From: a virus
IMG/VR virus record: IMGVR_UViG_3300010397_000041
Span: 1 to 64,000 of that record
Length of the DNA: 64,000 bases
Strand: one strand, 5' to 3'
The stretch's first letter is position 1. Each line of letters opens with the position of its first letter. This document shows positions 19,494 through 29,107 of this stretch, piece after piece. The position numbers and the translations under genes are program-made. A model generated the notes under the pieces. That model ran no database searches. It was not told the origin of the DNA and saw nothing but the letters and a program-made list of their open reading frames with translations.

Positions 19494-19768
19494 CGCGGCT
19501 CCAGTGATGCGCAGGTCTGCTGCGCGGCGGTCGGACGATCGGTCTTCGAGCTGTCACCGGCGCGCCAGCCCTTGCCGGGCCGGTTTTTCAGCCAGGCCTC
19601 GATCGTGTCTCGGCGCCAGCGAGGCACACGGGTATAGCGGGTGTCGTCAGGAGGCGGCATTCGGGGCGGATCGGCAGCCCGGTAGGCGCGCAGCGTCGAG
19701 GTTGCGAGGCCGGTCAGTTCGGCGATCTCGCCATAGCTGAGTAGGTCGTCGGGTCTGGGGTCGGACAC
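19490..19768 (-). CDS. AlpA-family HTH regulator
   Basis: LLSYGEIAELTGLATSTLRAY...MPPPD...PRWRRDTIEAWLKNRPGKG; TAGCAT -10 upstream (leaderless). Confidence 0.85.
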   Translation of the reverse strand: MSDPRPDDLLSYGEIAELTGLATSTLRAYRAADPPRMPPPDDTRYTRVPRWRRDTIEAWLKNRPGKGWRAGDSSKTDRPTAAQQTCASLEPR

Positions 19769-19772
19769 GATG

Positions 19773-19845
19773 ACGATGCTAGCGGTTGCGCTGCATCGTT
19801 GTTGTCCTTCCCTTGAGGAACGATGCAGCGTTAGCGCTGTATCGT
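19773..19845. promoter_or_regulatory. Divergent promoter with repeated CGCTGYATCGT operator boxes
   Basis: Boxes at 19789-19800, inverted 19819-19830, 19835-19845, degenerate 19773-19784; they overlap both -10 elements. Confidence 0.7.
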
Positions 19846-19851
19846 GTAAGC

Positions 19852-20700
19852 ATGACGACGCCGCAGACCGCCAGCGACAAGGCCCGCAGCCTCCTCGCCA
19901 CGCCCGGCGCGGTCACCCTCCTGCGCGGCCACGGCGTTGCCCGCGTCTACACCGTCATCGGCCGGACCGGCACCTACCGGACCACCGAAGCGACCTGCGA
20001 CTGCCCGCGCGGCCTCAACGGCCTCGGCTGCTACCACTGCGAGGCGATCCGTCTCCACCACGCCGGCGAGCCGCTCGCCGCGCCAGCGCCGGTCGCCGAC
20101 GTGTGGGCGCTGCTCCCCGCCGTCGACGACGACCTCGAGGTCCCGACGCCGCAGGCGGACGAGGCGCTCACGGTCGGCCAGGCCGCCGCCCGGCTCGGCG
20201 GCCTCAAGCCGGACACGATCCGCCGCTACCTCGCCGCCGGCAAGCTGGCCCGCCTCGACGGCGGCGTCTCGGCGGCGAGCGTCGCCGCCTACGCCGAGGC
20301 CCGGGAGGCGAACATCACCCGCACCCGGTTCCGCAAGACCACCCCGGCGCCCAGCGCGGCGACCCAGGCGAAGCCTCGGGCGTTCTTCGCCCCGGCAGAC
20401 ATGCCGGCCGTCGAGGAGATCGAGGCGGAGGCGATCGCGTTCGACGAGGCCGCCGACAGCTACCGCGCTGGCGACAGGGGCAAGAACCGGGCCCGCAAGC
20501 TCCTCGACAAGGTCCCGGCCGGCCAGTACGGCCGGGCGCGCATCGAGTGGGTGCCGTCGAACACCAACCGGGCCGACTTGGACGCCATCGCCGCGATCTT
20601 CAAGGCCTACGACCTCGGCCCGGTCCCGATGAAGCGGGACCGCGACTCGCTGAAGGTCACGATCGCCGCCGCGCCGGCCGTCCAGCTGCGCGCCGCCTGA
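19852..20700 (+). CDS. SWIM zinc finger + HTH protein
   Basis: CDCPRGLNGLGCYH (CxC-x-CxH); LTVGQAAARLGGLKPDTIRRYLAAGKL. Confidence 0.75.
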   Translation: MTTPQTASDKARSLLATPGAVTLLRGHGVARVYTVIGRTGTYRTTEATCDCPRGLNGLGCYHCEAIRLHHAGEPLAAPAPVADVWALLPAVDDDLEVPTPQADEALTVGQAAARLGGLKPDTIRRYLAAGKLARLDGGVSAASVAAYAEAREANITRTRFRKTTPAPSAATQAKPRAFFAPADMPAVEEIEAEAIAFDEAADSYRAGDRGKNRARKLLDKVPAGQYGRARIEWVPSNTNRADLDAIAAIFKAYDLGPVPMKRDRDSLKVTIAAAPAVQLRAA

Positions 20701-20736
20701 CGCCACCACAACACCGACCACCACGGAAGGCAGACC

Positions 20737-21246
20737 ATGCGGAAGGTCGACTACGGCCTGATCGTCATCGGAGACGCGGCGGTCCAGATCACGCGGTACA
20801 AGCCGGACGGCAAGAACTCGGGCCAGCTGTGCGACCTCGCGGACATCGCCCACGTCCAGGCCCGCATCGCCGCAGAAGCGACCGCCGCTGGCGACGAGCC
20901 GCGCTGGCTCGCCCTCCCCGGTGACCTGCCGACGCTTACCGAGGCCGGCGCGACATTCGGCCCGGCGGTAGTCAACCGGCCCTGTAGGAAGCCGGCCGAG
21001 GACCACCAGCGGGCAGCCCCGGCCTGGCTCGCCCAGCTCGTCGCGGCGCTTCACGCCGCCGGCTGGGACCCGGCCAACGACGACCTGATCGAACAGTTCG
21101 ACCCACACACGATCGACGTCAACACGGCCCGGATCGTCGCCAGCCCCGGCCGTGACCGGTGGACCGTCGCCGATGAGAGCGGCGCGACCGTCTACGACGG
21201 TCCGTCGCTCGCCGACGCCGCGGCGGCTGCCGTCGCCGCGTTCTGA
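20737..21246 (+). CDS. Hypothetical protein
   Basis: GAAGG RBS; high GC3. Confidence 0.65.
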   Translation: MRKVDYGLIVIGDAAVQITRYKPDGKNSGQLCDLADIAHVQARIAAEATAAGDEPRWLALPGDLPTLTEAGATFGPAVVNRPCRKPAEDHQRAAPAWLAQLVAALHAAGWDPANDDLIEQFDPHTIDVNTARIVASPGRDRWTVADESGATVYDGPSLADAAAAAVAAF

Positions 21247-21292
21247 CCGGCGCCCAGCCCGGCCAAGGCATACCCCCTCGAAGGAGATCTCC

Positions 21293-21721
21293 GTGGACCT
21301 GTCCGACCTGTTCGGCGAGCCGATCGACATCATCACGCGCGCCGACCTGCTCGACGATGGCCAGCTCGTCGCCGTCGACGAACAGACCACCCGCGAGCTC
21401 GGTATCCGGGTGCCCGTCGCGCTGACCCGCGCGGCGTGGGAGGACTGCGTGGCCTGGGACGACGAGGACACGCTGCGCAAGGTGCCGCAGGACGAGGGCG
21501 GTCGTCTGCGGGACGTGCTGGTCATGGCACGCGGTGCGGCCCGGAGGGCGGCCCGGTCCAGCACGGACAGGCCGATCGCGTTCACGGTGCTGCGGGTGCC
21601 GCGGACCGGCGGCGGACTTCTCGCCCGACCGGTCGCGCTGTCGCTGCTGCTGCACCAGGGCGACGACGGCGAGCCGGTGCTCACGATCAGCCTCGCCAGC
21701 GAGAACTGGCACCGCGACTGA
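21293..21721 (+). CDS. Mobile-element conserved protein (DUF6573-like)
   Basis: TRADLLDDGQLV...PVALTRAAWEDCVAW...QDEGGRLRDVL...GDDGEPVLTI. Confidence 0.75.
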   Translation: MDLSDLFGEPIDIITRADLLDDGQLVAVDEQTTRELGIRVPVALTRAAWEDCVAWDDEDTLRKVPQDEGGRLRDVLVMARGAARRAARSSTDRPIAFTVLRVPRTGGGLLARPVALSLLLHQGDDGEPVLTISLASENWHRD

Positions 21722-21736
21722 TCCGGAGGATCGGTT

Positions 21737-22084
21737 ATGGCCAGGGCAACACCCGCGGCGAAGAGATCCGCACCCAAGGGGCGCTCCGCTCGCGGCTGGG
21801 ATAACGCACGGGTCGGTGACCTCGCCGTCGTAGAGATCGAGCGTGGCCTGCTTCGGCCCTACCGCGTCGCGCCGACGGTCATCGACGATTGGGGCAGCGT
21901 CCGCATCCAGGTCACAGACGCGGCCGGCACCCATGACGTGGGCGAGCTGACCAGGGGCTACGCGACCATCTGGACCGCGCCAGCCGCCGCGGTCGACGTC
22001 GACCGGGCGCTGAAGCTCGGGCCGTGGCCAGACCGGGCTGCAGCGGTGGCCGACCTCGGCCCGCTTCGTCTGCCCGCTGGCTGA
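21737..22084 (+). CDS. Hypothetical protein
   Basis: GGAGG RBS; high GC3. Confidence 0.6.
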   Translation: MARATPAAKRSAPKGRSARGWDNARVGDLAVVEIERGLLRPYRVAPTVIDDWGSVRIQVTDAAGTHDVGELTRGYATIWTAPAAAVDVDRALKLGPWPDRAAAVADLGPLRLPAG

Positions 22085-22327
22085 CGACAACCCAGGCTCC
22101 GGCGCGCAGGGCAGGCCGCGCAGTCATGTCCGTAGATTCACAGACTGTCCGTGGATTTACGGACGCCCCTGACCGCTTGGCCGCCGCGCACGCCCTCGGG
22201 GAGCCGCTGCCGGTCTACTCGTGGAGCAAACGTGCGCTGGTGTGTCCCAGGCCACCACCCAGTCAAACGCCTGTGCGAACCGTGACGATCCCTACCCTGT
22301 GTGCCACATCACCGCACGGGGGGATTC

Positions 22328-22858
22328 ATGGGCTACCACGCACCGCCAAGACCGGCCAGAAACTGGCGGAAGATCGCGCTGTGGACCACGGTCGGGCTGG
22401 TCGCGTTCCTGGCCTTCGCTGGCATCCTCGGCGCGCTCGCACCCAAGTCGCCGGCCCATCCGGCAGCGGAAACGACCAACCCGGTGCCGACGACCGCACA
22501 GACGACGGCACCCGTAGTCCAGGCACCGTCGACACCGGCACCCGTCGGCCATCCCTCATCCTCGAAGCCGGCCCGCGGCGCCACGGCCTCATCACACGCC
22601 GCGGCCGCGAACCCGACCGCATGGGAGACCGTCGACCCCTACGTCCAAGTCCAGAACGACGTAAAGACGTCGGACGGGGTGACCGTGCCACTCAGTCAGG
22701 TGATGTCCGTCTCCGAGGGCGCCTGTAAGCGATTCGCCGCCGGCGAGGACTATCAGCCAGTCGAAGCGTGGGGCTCGGCGCAACTGTCACGCTATCCGCC
22801 CGGCATCGGGTCGGACGTGGTCGACTTCGCCGAGGCGGACGTCTGCCCCGGAGGATGA
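22328..22858 (+). CDS. Membrane-anchored protein with Pro/Thr linker and two-Cys C-terminal domain (DUF732-like)
   Basis: N-terminal TM helix, PT-rich linker, GACKRF...DVCP. Confidence 0.65.
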   Translation: MGYHAPPRPARNWRKIALWTTVGLVAFLAFAGILGALAPKSPAHPAAETTNPVPTTAQTTAPVVQAPSTPAPVGHPSSSKPARGATASSHAAAANPTAWETVDPYVQVQNDVKTSDGVTVPLSQVMSVSEGACKRFAAGEDYQPVEAWGSAQLSRYPPGIGSDVVDFAEADVCPGG

Positions 22859-22884
22859 CGGGCAGGGCTTCGGCGGAAACGCCA

Positions 22885-22945
22885 AAACGACCCCCGGTCG
22901 TCTCTCCCGTCGTACGAGACGGGGAGAGACGACCGGGGGTCGTTT
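22885..22945. terminator. Long bidirectional hairpin between convergent genes
   Basis: aaacgacccccggtcgtctctccc...gggagagacgaccgggggtcgttt. Confidence 0.85.
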
Positions 22946-22963
22946 GTGTGCGGGGCGCCGGGG

Positions 22964-23332
22964 TTACGCGGCGGCAGGCAGACTTGCCGCCGAGTCCGGG
23001 TCGCCGATGTGCCGAGCGATCACACCCTTGACCAGCGACAGCCCGGCCGAGATCAGCGGCATGTACTCGACCGGCACCGGCAGCGCGGTCACCACAACCG
23101 CGCTGACAGCCACTTCGGCCAAGGTCCAGCCACCGCGCTCCAGGGCGTGGACGAAACCGGACGGCGTCGGCGCCTTCTGGAACTTGCCGCCGACGACGCT
23201 CAGGACGGCGGCGATCGGCAGGACGTACCAGACGTGCGAGTCGTTGAGTCCGGTGACGGCGACGCCGAGGCCGGAGAAGCCGGCGGTCGCGAGGACCCGC
23301 CAGCCCAGATCCTTCAGGTAGGTAGTCGTCAT
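22964..23332 (-). CDS. Holin
   Basis: Multi-TM; duplicated (D/A)L(G/E)R..(A/W)T motif; LSLVKG...IGDPDSAASL end typical of actinophage holins. Confidence 0.75.
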   Translation of the reverse strand: MTTTYLKDLGWRVLATAGFSGLGVAVTGLNDSHVWYVLPIAAVLSVVGGKFQKAPTPSGFVHALERGGWTLAEVAVSAVVVTALPVPVEYMPLISAGLSLVKGVIARHIGDPDSAASLPAAA

Positions 23333-23365
23333 CGGACGCGGCCTTCTCTCGGATGGTGGGATGTG

Positions 23366-23719
23366 TCAGCCGGCGGCCGGCGGGGTGACCGCGCCGTCGG
23401 CCTCGGTGACCAGACCGGCCAGCGCAGTGCTGTCCACGCCGACGGCGGTGTGGACTGTCCCGAGGCCGGATACTGCGGCGTCGATCGCGGCCTGGGCGGC
23501 CGGCGGAATCGCCCCACCCGCGGCCTGGAGAGCGGCGACGAGGGCACCGACGGCGGTGGTGAGCTGGGCGATGACGGCAGCCTCGGCGGACTCGTCGGCA
23601 GCGGCCTGGGTGACAGCGGCGGTCAGATCGTCAACAGTCGGCATGAGAGCTGTGATCCTTTCGGAGAGGTTGAGAATCGCCGCGGTGAGCGCGGCGAGCG
23701 GAGAGGGACGGCGAAACAT
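23366..23719 (-). CDS. Ala-rich coiled-coil protein
   Basis: GAGGAGG RBS; lysis-region position. Confidence 0.6.
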   Translation of the reverse strand: MFRRPSPLAALTAAILNLSERITALMPTVDDLTAAVTQAAADESAEAAVIAQLTTAVGALVAALQAAGGAIPPAAQAAIDAAVSGLGTVHTAVGVDSTALAGLVTEADGAVTPPAAG

Positions 23720-23729
23720 CCGGGCCTCC

Positions 23730-25007
23730 TCAGGCGGCGGCCCGGTGGTAGCCGCGGGCTGACGCCCAGACCCGCAGAGCGCGGGCGACTGCGGCGGACT
23801 CGCCGAAATGGGTTTCGTGGGCCCACGTGTGGACGTGCTGCCACAGCACCGCATCGGCGTCATTCGCCGGCGGCGGGGTCGGAGTCGGCACCGGCGCCGG
23901 CGGGGGCACAGGGGCGGGCGTCGGCGACGGTGTGGGTGCGGGGGTGCCGGTCAGCGCAGCGGCCAGCGCGGTGCCGATGACCACGCCCATCCCGGACGAC
24001 TCGTCGTAGCCGGTGGACGGCGGGTAGACGTCGCCTGCGCCGCCGGACGTGATGTCGGTGCAGACGGGGTGGCCGTAGAGCACCGATGCGAAGACGGCGA
24101 ACTGGTCCGGGGTGACGCCCAGCTCGGCGAGCAGGGCGATCAGGCCGGCATATACCGGCGCGATCCCGGACGTGCCGCCCGCGACGGCCGGCTGCCCGTC
24201 AGCGACGATCTCAAAGCCCGTCACAGGGTCGGCGTTACCGGCCACGTCCGGTACGGCCCGCATGGTGAGCCCGAGCGCGGCCTGCCACGGCGGGGCCGGA
24301 AACACGCTCGACACGCCGCCGCCGGTGGCCGACGACGCGCCGTCATCCCAGACCGTCTCCGACAGCCGGCCACCGGCCGAGTCGAGGATGAGCCGGGTAC
24401 CGCCGCAGGCGATCACATGCGGGCTGGAGCAGGGGAAATCGGCGACCGGGCCGCTGGTGCCGTCGTTCATGCCCGCGTCGCCGGCCGCGCAGCACACGAG
24501 GATCCCCGCCGCCAGGGCGCGGGCGAACACGGCGTCGAACCGCTGCATCCTCGCCGGCGGCCACGACGAACCAGGACCGCCCCACGAGCACGACACGACG
24601 CAGGCACCGGAGGCGAGCGCGGCCTCGAACGCGGCGAGGAACCCGTCGTCGGTGTTGTCGGCGAAGATCAGCTCGATGTCGGCGCCGGGCGCGACCGCGG
24701 CGACGGCCTCGACGTCCAGCATGACCTCGACGTTGGCGCCACCCGGGTCCGGCGTGATCGTCGCACCGTTGACCCTGGTGACCGTCACCGACGGCGGGGT
24801 GATCCCGGTCTGGGCGCAGAACTGCTCGAAGTCGGCGGACGAGAACGCTCCACCGAGCTCGACGATCGCGACCTTCTGACCGGCGCCCGTCAGCGCGCGC
24901 CCATCCGCCCTCGTGGTCGGGAACTGGTAGGCGCGGGCGGCCTGGGCGAACGTGAGCGGTGAACCGCCCGCCGCGAGAGGGCGGACCAGATACGGCGTTG
25001 CGATCAT
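23730..25007 (-). CDS. S53 (sedolisin/kumamolisin-like) serine peptidase, catalytic domain only
   Basis: AYQFP; AIVELGG; EVMLD; SCSWG; AAGDAG; GGG; VPDVAGNADP; GGTS. Confidence 0.9.
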   Translation of the reverse strand: MIATPYLVRPLAAGGSPLTFAQAARAYQFPTTRADGRALTGAGQKVAIVELGGAFSSADFEQFCAQTGITPPSVTVTRVNGATITPDPGGANVEVMLDVEAVAAVAPGADIELIFADNTDDGFLAAFEAALASGACVVSCSWGGPGSSWPPARMQRFDAVFARALAAGILVCCAAGDAGMNDGTSGPVADFPCSSPHVIACGGTRLILDSAGGRLSETVWDDGASSATGGGVSSVFPAPPWQAALGLTMRAVPDVAGNADPVTGFEIVADGQPAVAGGTSGIAPVYAGLIALLAELGVTPDQFAVFASVLYGHPVCTDITSGGAGDVYPPSTGYDESSGMGVVIGTALAAALTGTPAPTPSPTPAPVPPPAPVPTPTPPPANDADAVLWQHVHTWAHETHFGESAAVARALRVWASARGYHRAAA

Positions 25008-25064
25008 GCTCTGGGGCCTCCAAGGCGCACGAAAGACGGGCGGGAGCCGCGAGAAGACGGGCTG

Positions 25065-26120
25065 CTAGGTAGCTGGCTTGGCGACGAGGGTGAGTCCGGC
25101 GAGCGCGGCCGACAGCCCGTCCAACCGGGCCAGTACCGGTGTCAGGTTGGCGCCGCCTGCCGTCGACACAGGTAGCGCCTTCACCTCGGCGACGAGCGTC
25201 GCCAGCTGCTGGCCGAGGGTGTTCAGCGCGGTGAGAACCCCACCCGCGGGCGTCAGCTGGCCGGCGACCTGTCCGAGTCCGGCGGAGATCGCATCGGACC
25301 TGGCGGCCAGCGACGGATCTCCGGGATTCCAGCCGAGCGCGGCGACGAGCGCTTCCACCGCGTTGAACAAGGTCTGCTCGAGCGCGAGGATCGCCCTCTC
25401 GGTGGCCGCCCACGCGGTCTGACCGGCGCCGGTCCCTTCGTTGAGAACCCCGCGGAAGATGGCGGCGATCTGTTGGGATGTCGGGTCGTCGAGCACGAGT
25501 TCTCCCAAGGCGAGCCATTCGGTGACGATCCGGGAGGCGTCACAGACCGCCGGTACGCCTGGGATCCGCGCGGTGTCGGTGTACTGCCTGGCGGCGACCT
25601 GTGTGCGTGTCCAGCCGGGCGGCAGCGGCATCACCGCGTCCGGCACGGGGCCGTAGTTGGCGATGTGCAGCCGCCGCCATCCGGGAGGCAGCATCGCCGC
25701 GGTCAGACCGGCATCAGCCAGGTAGGAGCTGTAGCTGTAGATCAGGCCGGAGCTGTAGCCGTGCTGCACCATCCGGCCGCAGAAGTCGACCGCGTGCTGC
25801 GCGGCTGAGCCTGTCCCGGCTCCGTCTTCGGTGTCCAGGACCACCCAGTCACGGCGCGGGTCGGCGCCGCCAGCCGCCTCGACGACCGAAACGAAATGGT
25901 CCGCTTCGGTGGCGCCGGCCGACAGGGAGGGCCGGGCGTAGTGATAGGCGCCCCGGTGCAGGCCGAGCGATCGTGCCTGCCGCCACCAGCCGGGAAACTC
26001 GGGGTCGGGCCAGGTGGCGCCGTCGGTCGCAAGGATCCATAGCCGGTCGGCGCCGGACGCGGTGTAGGCGCTGAGATCGATGCCGGCCTGATAGTTCGAG
26101 ATGTCGGCGAATGCGGCCAC
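25065..26120 (-). CDS. Endolysin, GH25 muramidase
   Basis: DISNYQ; ATDG; GAYHYARP; LDTED; RQYTD; DAS. Confidence 0.9.
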   Translation of the reverse strand: MAAFADISNYQAGIDLSAYTASGADRLWILATDGATWPDPEFPGWWRQARSLGLHRGAYHYARPSLSAGATEADHFVSVVEAAGGADPRRDWVVLDTEDGAGTGSAAQHAVDFCGRMVQHGYSSGLIYSYSSYLADAGLTAAMLPPGWRRLHIANYGPVPDAVMPLPPGWTRTQVAARQYTDTARIPGVPAVCDASRIVTEWLALGELVLDDPTSQQIAAIFRGVLNEGTGAGQTAWAATERAILALEQTLFNAVEALVAALGWNPGDPSLAARSDAISAGLGQVAGQLTPAGGVLTALNTLGQQLATLVAEVKALPVSTAGGANLTPVLARLDGLSAALAGLTLVAKPAT

Positions 26121-26136
26121 GGCGACTCCTCGAGCG

Positions 26137-27621
26137 TCAGGCGAGCATCTGAGGGCCGGCCTTGACCTTCGGAATCGTCACGCCCGCGAGGCCGGCGACG
26201 ACCGTGTTGCCGCTGATCGTGTTGTTCGCCGGGCCGCCGCTCCAGTTGCCGGCGACCTGTCCGGGGGGCACGTCACACCAGTTGCCCGTGACGCTGCTGT
26301 TCATGGACCGGCGGGCGTCGGCCCGGTCGGGTCCGGACTGGTCGACGTAGATGGTGATGCTCGCAGGGCTGCCGGCCGGCCCGTTGCCCCACACGAAGTT
26401 CCCGGTGACGCCGTCATTGTTGGACGACTGGAGGACAATCCCGGCCGCGCGCCACGGATCGAGGTGCGCACCCTTACCGTTGCCGGCGATCAGGTTTCCG
26501 AGGAACCGATTGTTCCCGCCCGTCTCGTCGATTATCCCCGTACCGAAATTGCTGTAGATCAGGTTGCCGGTGAACGTGTTACCCGTGCCCGGCGAGGCCG
26601 TGACGTGGTCGCCGCCCAGGCCGCAGGACACATCCATCCACAGCCCCGGGCCGCCGATGCCGCCGTATGGCACGCCATTGGGATTGCTCTTGTGGATCAG
26701 GTTCCCGACCCACATGGCGCCGGTCATCAGCGCCATCTTGTTGCCGCCGTCGTCACCGGGTCCGGTGTCGACCGAGGCGGAGGTGAAATTCGCGTACAGC
26801 TGGTTGTATCGGACCACTGATCCGGCGCCGCCGCCCATCAGGCCGTGCGCCTGGTTGTGGTGGACCGTGCAGTTTTCGATCAGGGACTGGTCGCCGAGAT
26901 CGAACGCGGAGTAGCTGGTCGTCAGTTCACAGTTCGCGATGTGCCAGCCGGCCGCGCCGGGGCGGCGGCCCCGGCCCTGTGTGTCGATGGCCCCGTAGTA
27001 GTAGCCGGCCGGGCTCATCCCGTTGCAGTTGCGGATCGTCATATTGGCAATGACGACGTTGGTCCGGCTCGCGTCGGCGTTCGTCCACCACACGTTGTCC
27101 GTGATCGTCGAACCGGCGGCGTCGCCCCAGAACTGCTGCCCGGCCCGCGGATAGACCGCATAGCCGCCCGGGTAGACGGCTCCGGGTGCCAGCTGGAACA
27201 CGGTGCCGGGCGCTGCCGCCTGCGCATAGTTGTTGATGTTCGCGCCGGCTGGGATGGGTGTCGCGCCGGTCGGGATCGGCAGCGGCGCGGGCATCAGCAC
27301 CCGGTCCGGCCAAGCCGACAGGTTGGTCAGATCGGTCATGCCGCCCCAGTAGACGCCATCCGGGGGCGGAGTCGATCCGCCCCCGGAGCCGCCAGACCCG
27401 CCCGAACCACCGGTACCGCCCGAGCCCGAACCGCCGGGCTGCGGCACCTGCGGGCCGGGCAGCCACAGCACCGACGACCCCTCGGCGACCACCCACACCG
27501 TGTCGCCCACCGAAGGGGCAGCCGCGCCGGCTGCCGCAGAGACGGCGGCTTGAGGGGCGATCTGCACCGACGGCCGACCCTGCGAGTCAACAGACACGAC
27601 CTTGCCCTGAAAGACGCTCAC
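26137..27621 (-). CDS. Right-handed parallel beta-helix protein (putative tailspike/depolymerase)
   Basis: N-terminal OB-like PSVGDTVWV, Gly/Ser linker, repeated IENCTVHHN/GNLIYSN/GNFVWGN coils. Confidence 0.75.
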   Translation of the reverse strand: MSVFQGKVVSVDSQGRPSVQIAPQAAVSAAAGAAAPSVGDTVWVVAEGSSVLWLPGPQVPQPGGSGSGGTGGSGGSGGSGGGSTPPPDGVYWGGMTDLTNLSAWPDRVLMPAPLPIPTGATPIPAGANINNYAQAAAPGTVFQLAPGAVYPGGYAVYPRAGQQFWGDAAGSTITDNVWWTNADASRTNVVIANMTIRNCNGMSPAGYYYGAIDTQGRGRRPGAAGWHIANCELTTSYSAFDLGDQSLIENCTVHHNQAHGLMGGGAGSVVRYNQLYANFTSASVDTGPGDDGGNKMALMTGAMWVGNLIHKSNPNGVPYGGIGGPGLWMDVSCGLGGDHVTASPGTGNTFTGNLIYSNFGTGIIDETGGNNRFLGNLIAGNGKGAHLDPWRAAGIVLQSSNNDGVTGNFVWGNGPAGSPASITIYVDQSGPDRADARRSMNSSVTGNWCDVPPGQVAGNWSGGPANNTISGNTVVAGLAGVTIPKVKAGPQMLA

Positions 27622-27640
27622 GGCGCACCTCCGACTGGGC

Positions 27641-27677
27641 GCACAAAAAGCCGGATTCCTCGCGGCATTCGGCTCGG
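27641..27677 (-). terminator. Intrinsic terminator
   Basis: Minus strand gccg...cggc stem followed by TTTTT. Confidence 0.55.
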
Positions 27678-27760
27678 AGTTGGGTGGTTTAGCGCTGCGG
27701 AACAGTGCAGGTCAAAGGGCCTGCCGGGTAGGAGCGAGCAGGCGGACCGGGGTGCCCCAG

Positions 27761-28336
27761 TCACCGGCGGCCATATCGGGCCGCGCAATCGGTCGGCCGA
27801 GGAAGCGCGGCGAGGTAGTCGGTGTATGCCATCGTCTCCGCGTCGAGGTAGGCGATCACGGGGCCGAGCTGGTCGGCCGCCGGCGAGCGCCGCATCGAGG
27901 TCGCGAGCGCCGCCGTGTCGTCCCGCAGCTTCGTGTTCTTAGTCCGCAGGTCGGCGTCGGAGGCATTACGCGCCGCGCAGCCCTCCAGAAGGCCGGCGTG
28001 AACCCGGGCGAACTGCCGGCCGATCTCTCGCTGGTTCGCCCGGTAGCGCAGCAGGCCACCCGTCAGGAGACCGAGCACAACGGCGACCGCCACGACGACG
28101 GCGAGACCAATCCGGAACCGGCGGCGCACCGCGGCCCGGTCTGCGTCCAGTGCGGTCTTCGGCGCCGCCTCGTCCTCGACGCGCTTCACCTCGGCGGCTT
28201 GCTCGTCGAGACGGCGGCCGTGTTCGGCGAACTGCTCGCGGGCCTGGTCGATGGAACGTCGGAGAGCTCCGGTGTCGCCAGCGAGCCGGTCGACGGAGGC
28301 GCGCAGCTCGGCGAGGTCGCCGGTCGGCTCGGTCAT
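27761..28336 (-). CDS. Coiled-coil membrane protein (lysis accessory)
   Basis: Central TM helix flanked by coiled coils; two Cys. Confidence 0.65.
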   Translation of the reverse strand: MTEPTGDLAELRASVDRLAGDTGALRRSIDQAREQFAEHGRRLDEQAAEVKRVEDEAAPKTALDADRAAVRRRFRIGLAVVVAVAVVLGLLTGGLLRYRANQREIGRQFARVHAGLLEGCAARNASDADLRTKNTKLRDDTAALATSMRRSPAADQLGPVIAYLDAETMAYTDYLAALPRPTDCAARYGRR

Positions 28337-28500
28337 CGCCGTTCTCCCCCCAGTTCTTGCTGGCCGAGTAGGGCGCGGAGCTGGCCGATCTGCTGGTCGA
28401 GCCGTTCGCGGACCTCGCCGGCACGTCGCAGTAGCTCATCCATGACGCGCAGGCGCTCCGCCGTCGCGGCGGGCAAGGGCGGGCGGTCCGCGAGAGCCAT
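28333..28500 (-). CDS. Small coiled-coil protein
   Basis: TGATG and ATGA coupling. Confidence 0.5.
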   Translation of the reverse strand: MALADRPPLPAATAERLRVMDELLRRAGEVRERLDQQIGQLRALLGQQELGGERR

Positions 28501-28850
28501 CACGACGCGTTCGCCCTCCGGTTGAGCGCGGCGACGTATTCGCGCGAGATCTCCGCGGTGCGGACGAGGGCGGGAACAACCTCGGCGCGGACGAAATTCT
28601 CGGCCTGGTCGAGCTTGGCCCGCAGGGCGATGATCTCGGCGTCCTTCGCGGCGATGACCTGGTCTTTCGCCGCGATCTCGGCGTCGTGTGCCGCGTCCTG
28701 TCGGGTCACGACCCAGTAGGGCACCAGCACCCGGAACACGATCATCGCGATGGCGAGACCGGGGATGCCGTAGCCGAGGAGCTGGGCGAGGAGGTCGGGC
28801 GGATCGTTGGCCGCGGCCGCGGCGAGTGCCAATACGGACGCGGGCATCAT
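28500..28850 (-). CDS. TM + coiled-coil protein (holin-like)
   Basis: LLGYGIPGLAIAMIVFRVLVP TM then heptads; Met-Met start. Confidence 0.6.
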   Translation of the reverse strand: MMPASVLALAAAAANDPPDLLAQLLGYGIPGLAIAMIVFRVLVPYWVVTRQDAAHDAEIAAKDQVIAAKDAEIIALRAKLDQAENFVRAEVVPALVRTAEISREYVAALNRRANAS

Positions 28851-29107
28851 CGGCGACTGGCCTCGTTCCGCTCGTCGCAATCACAGGCGGACCGCCTGCG
28901 GTGGTGGCGCGCGGCTTCCGGTCGTCGCGACAGGAGGCCCGGTCAGGGGCCGGCCGGATGTGGTGAGGTCGCGTCGTGGCGGCAGCGGACAATCACTCGC
29001 TCGTCGGCGGATACCAGCGACGGCTGGTGACGGGGGGTCCATGCGCCGCAGGGTTTGCCTCTAACCTGCCAGGGCCGCGGTGGATCCGGTCGGGGTCGAG
29101 GATCGGT

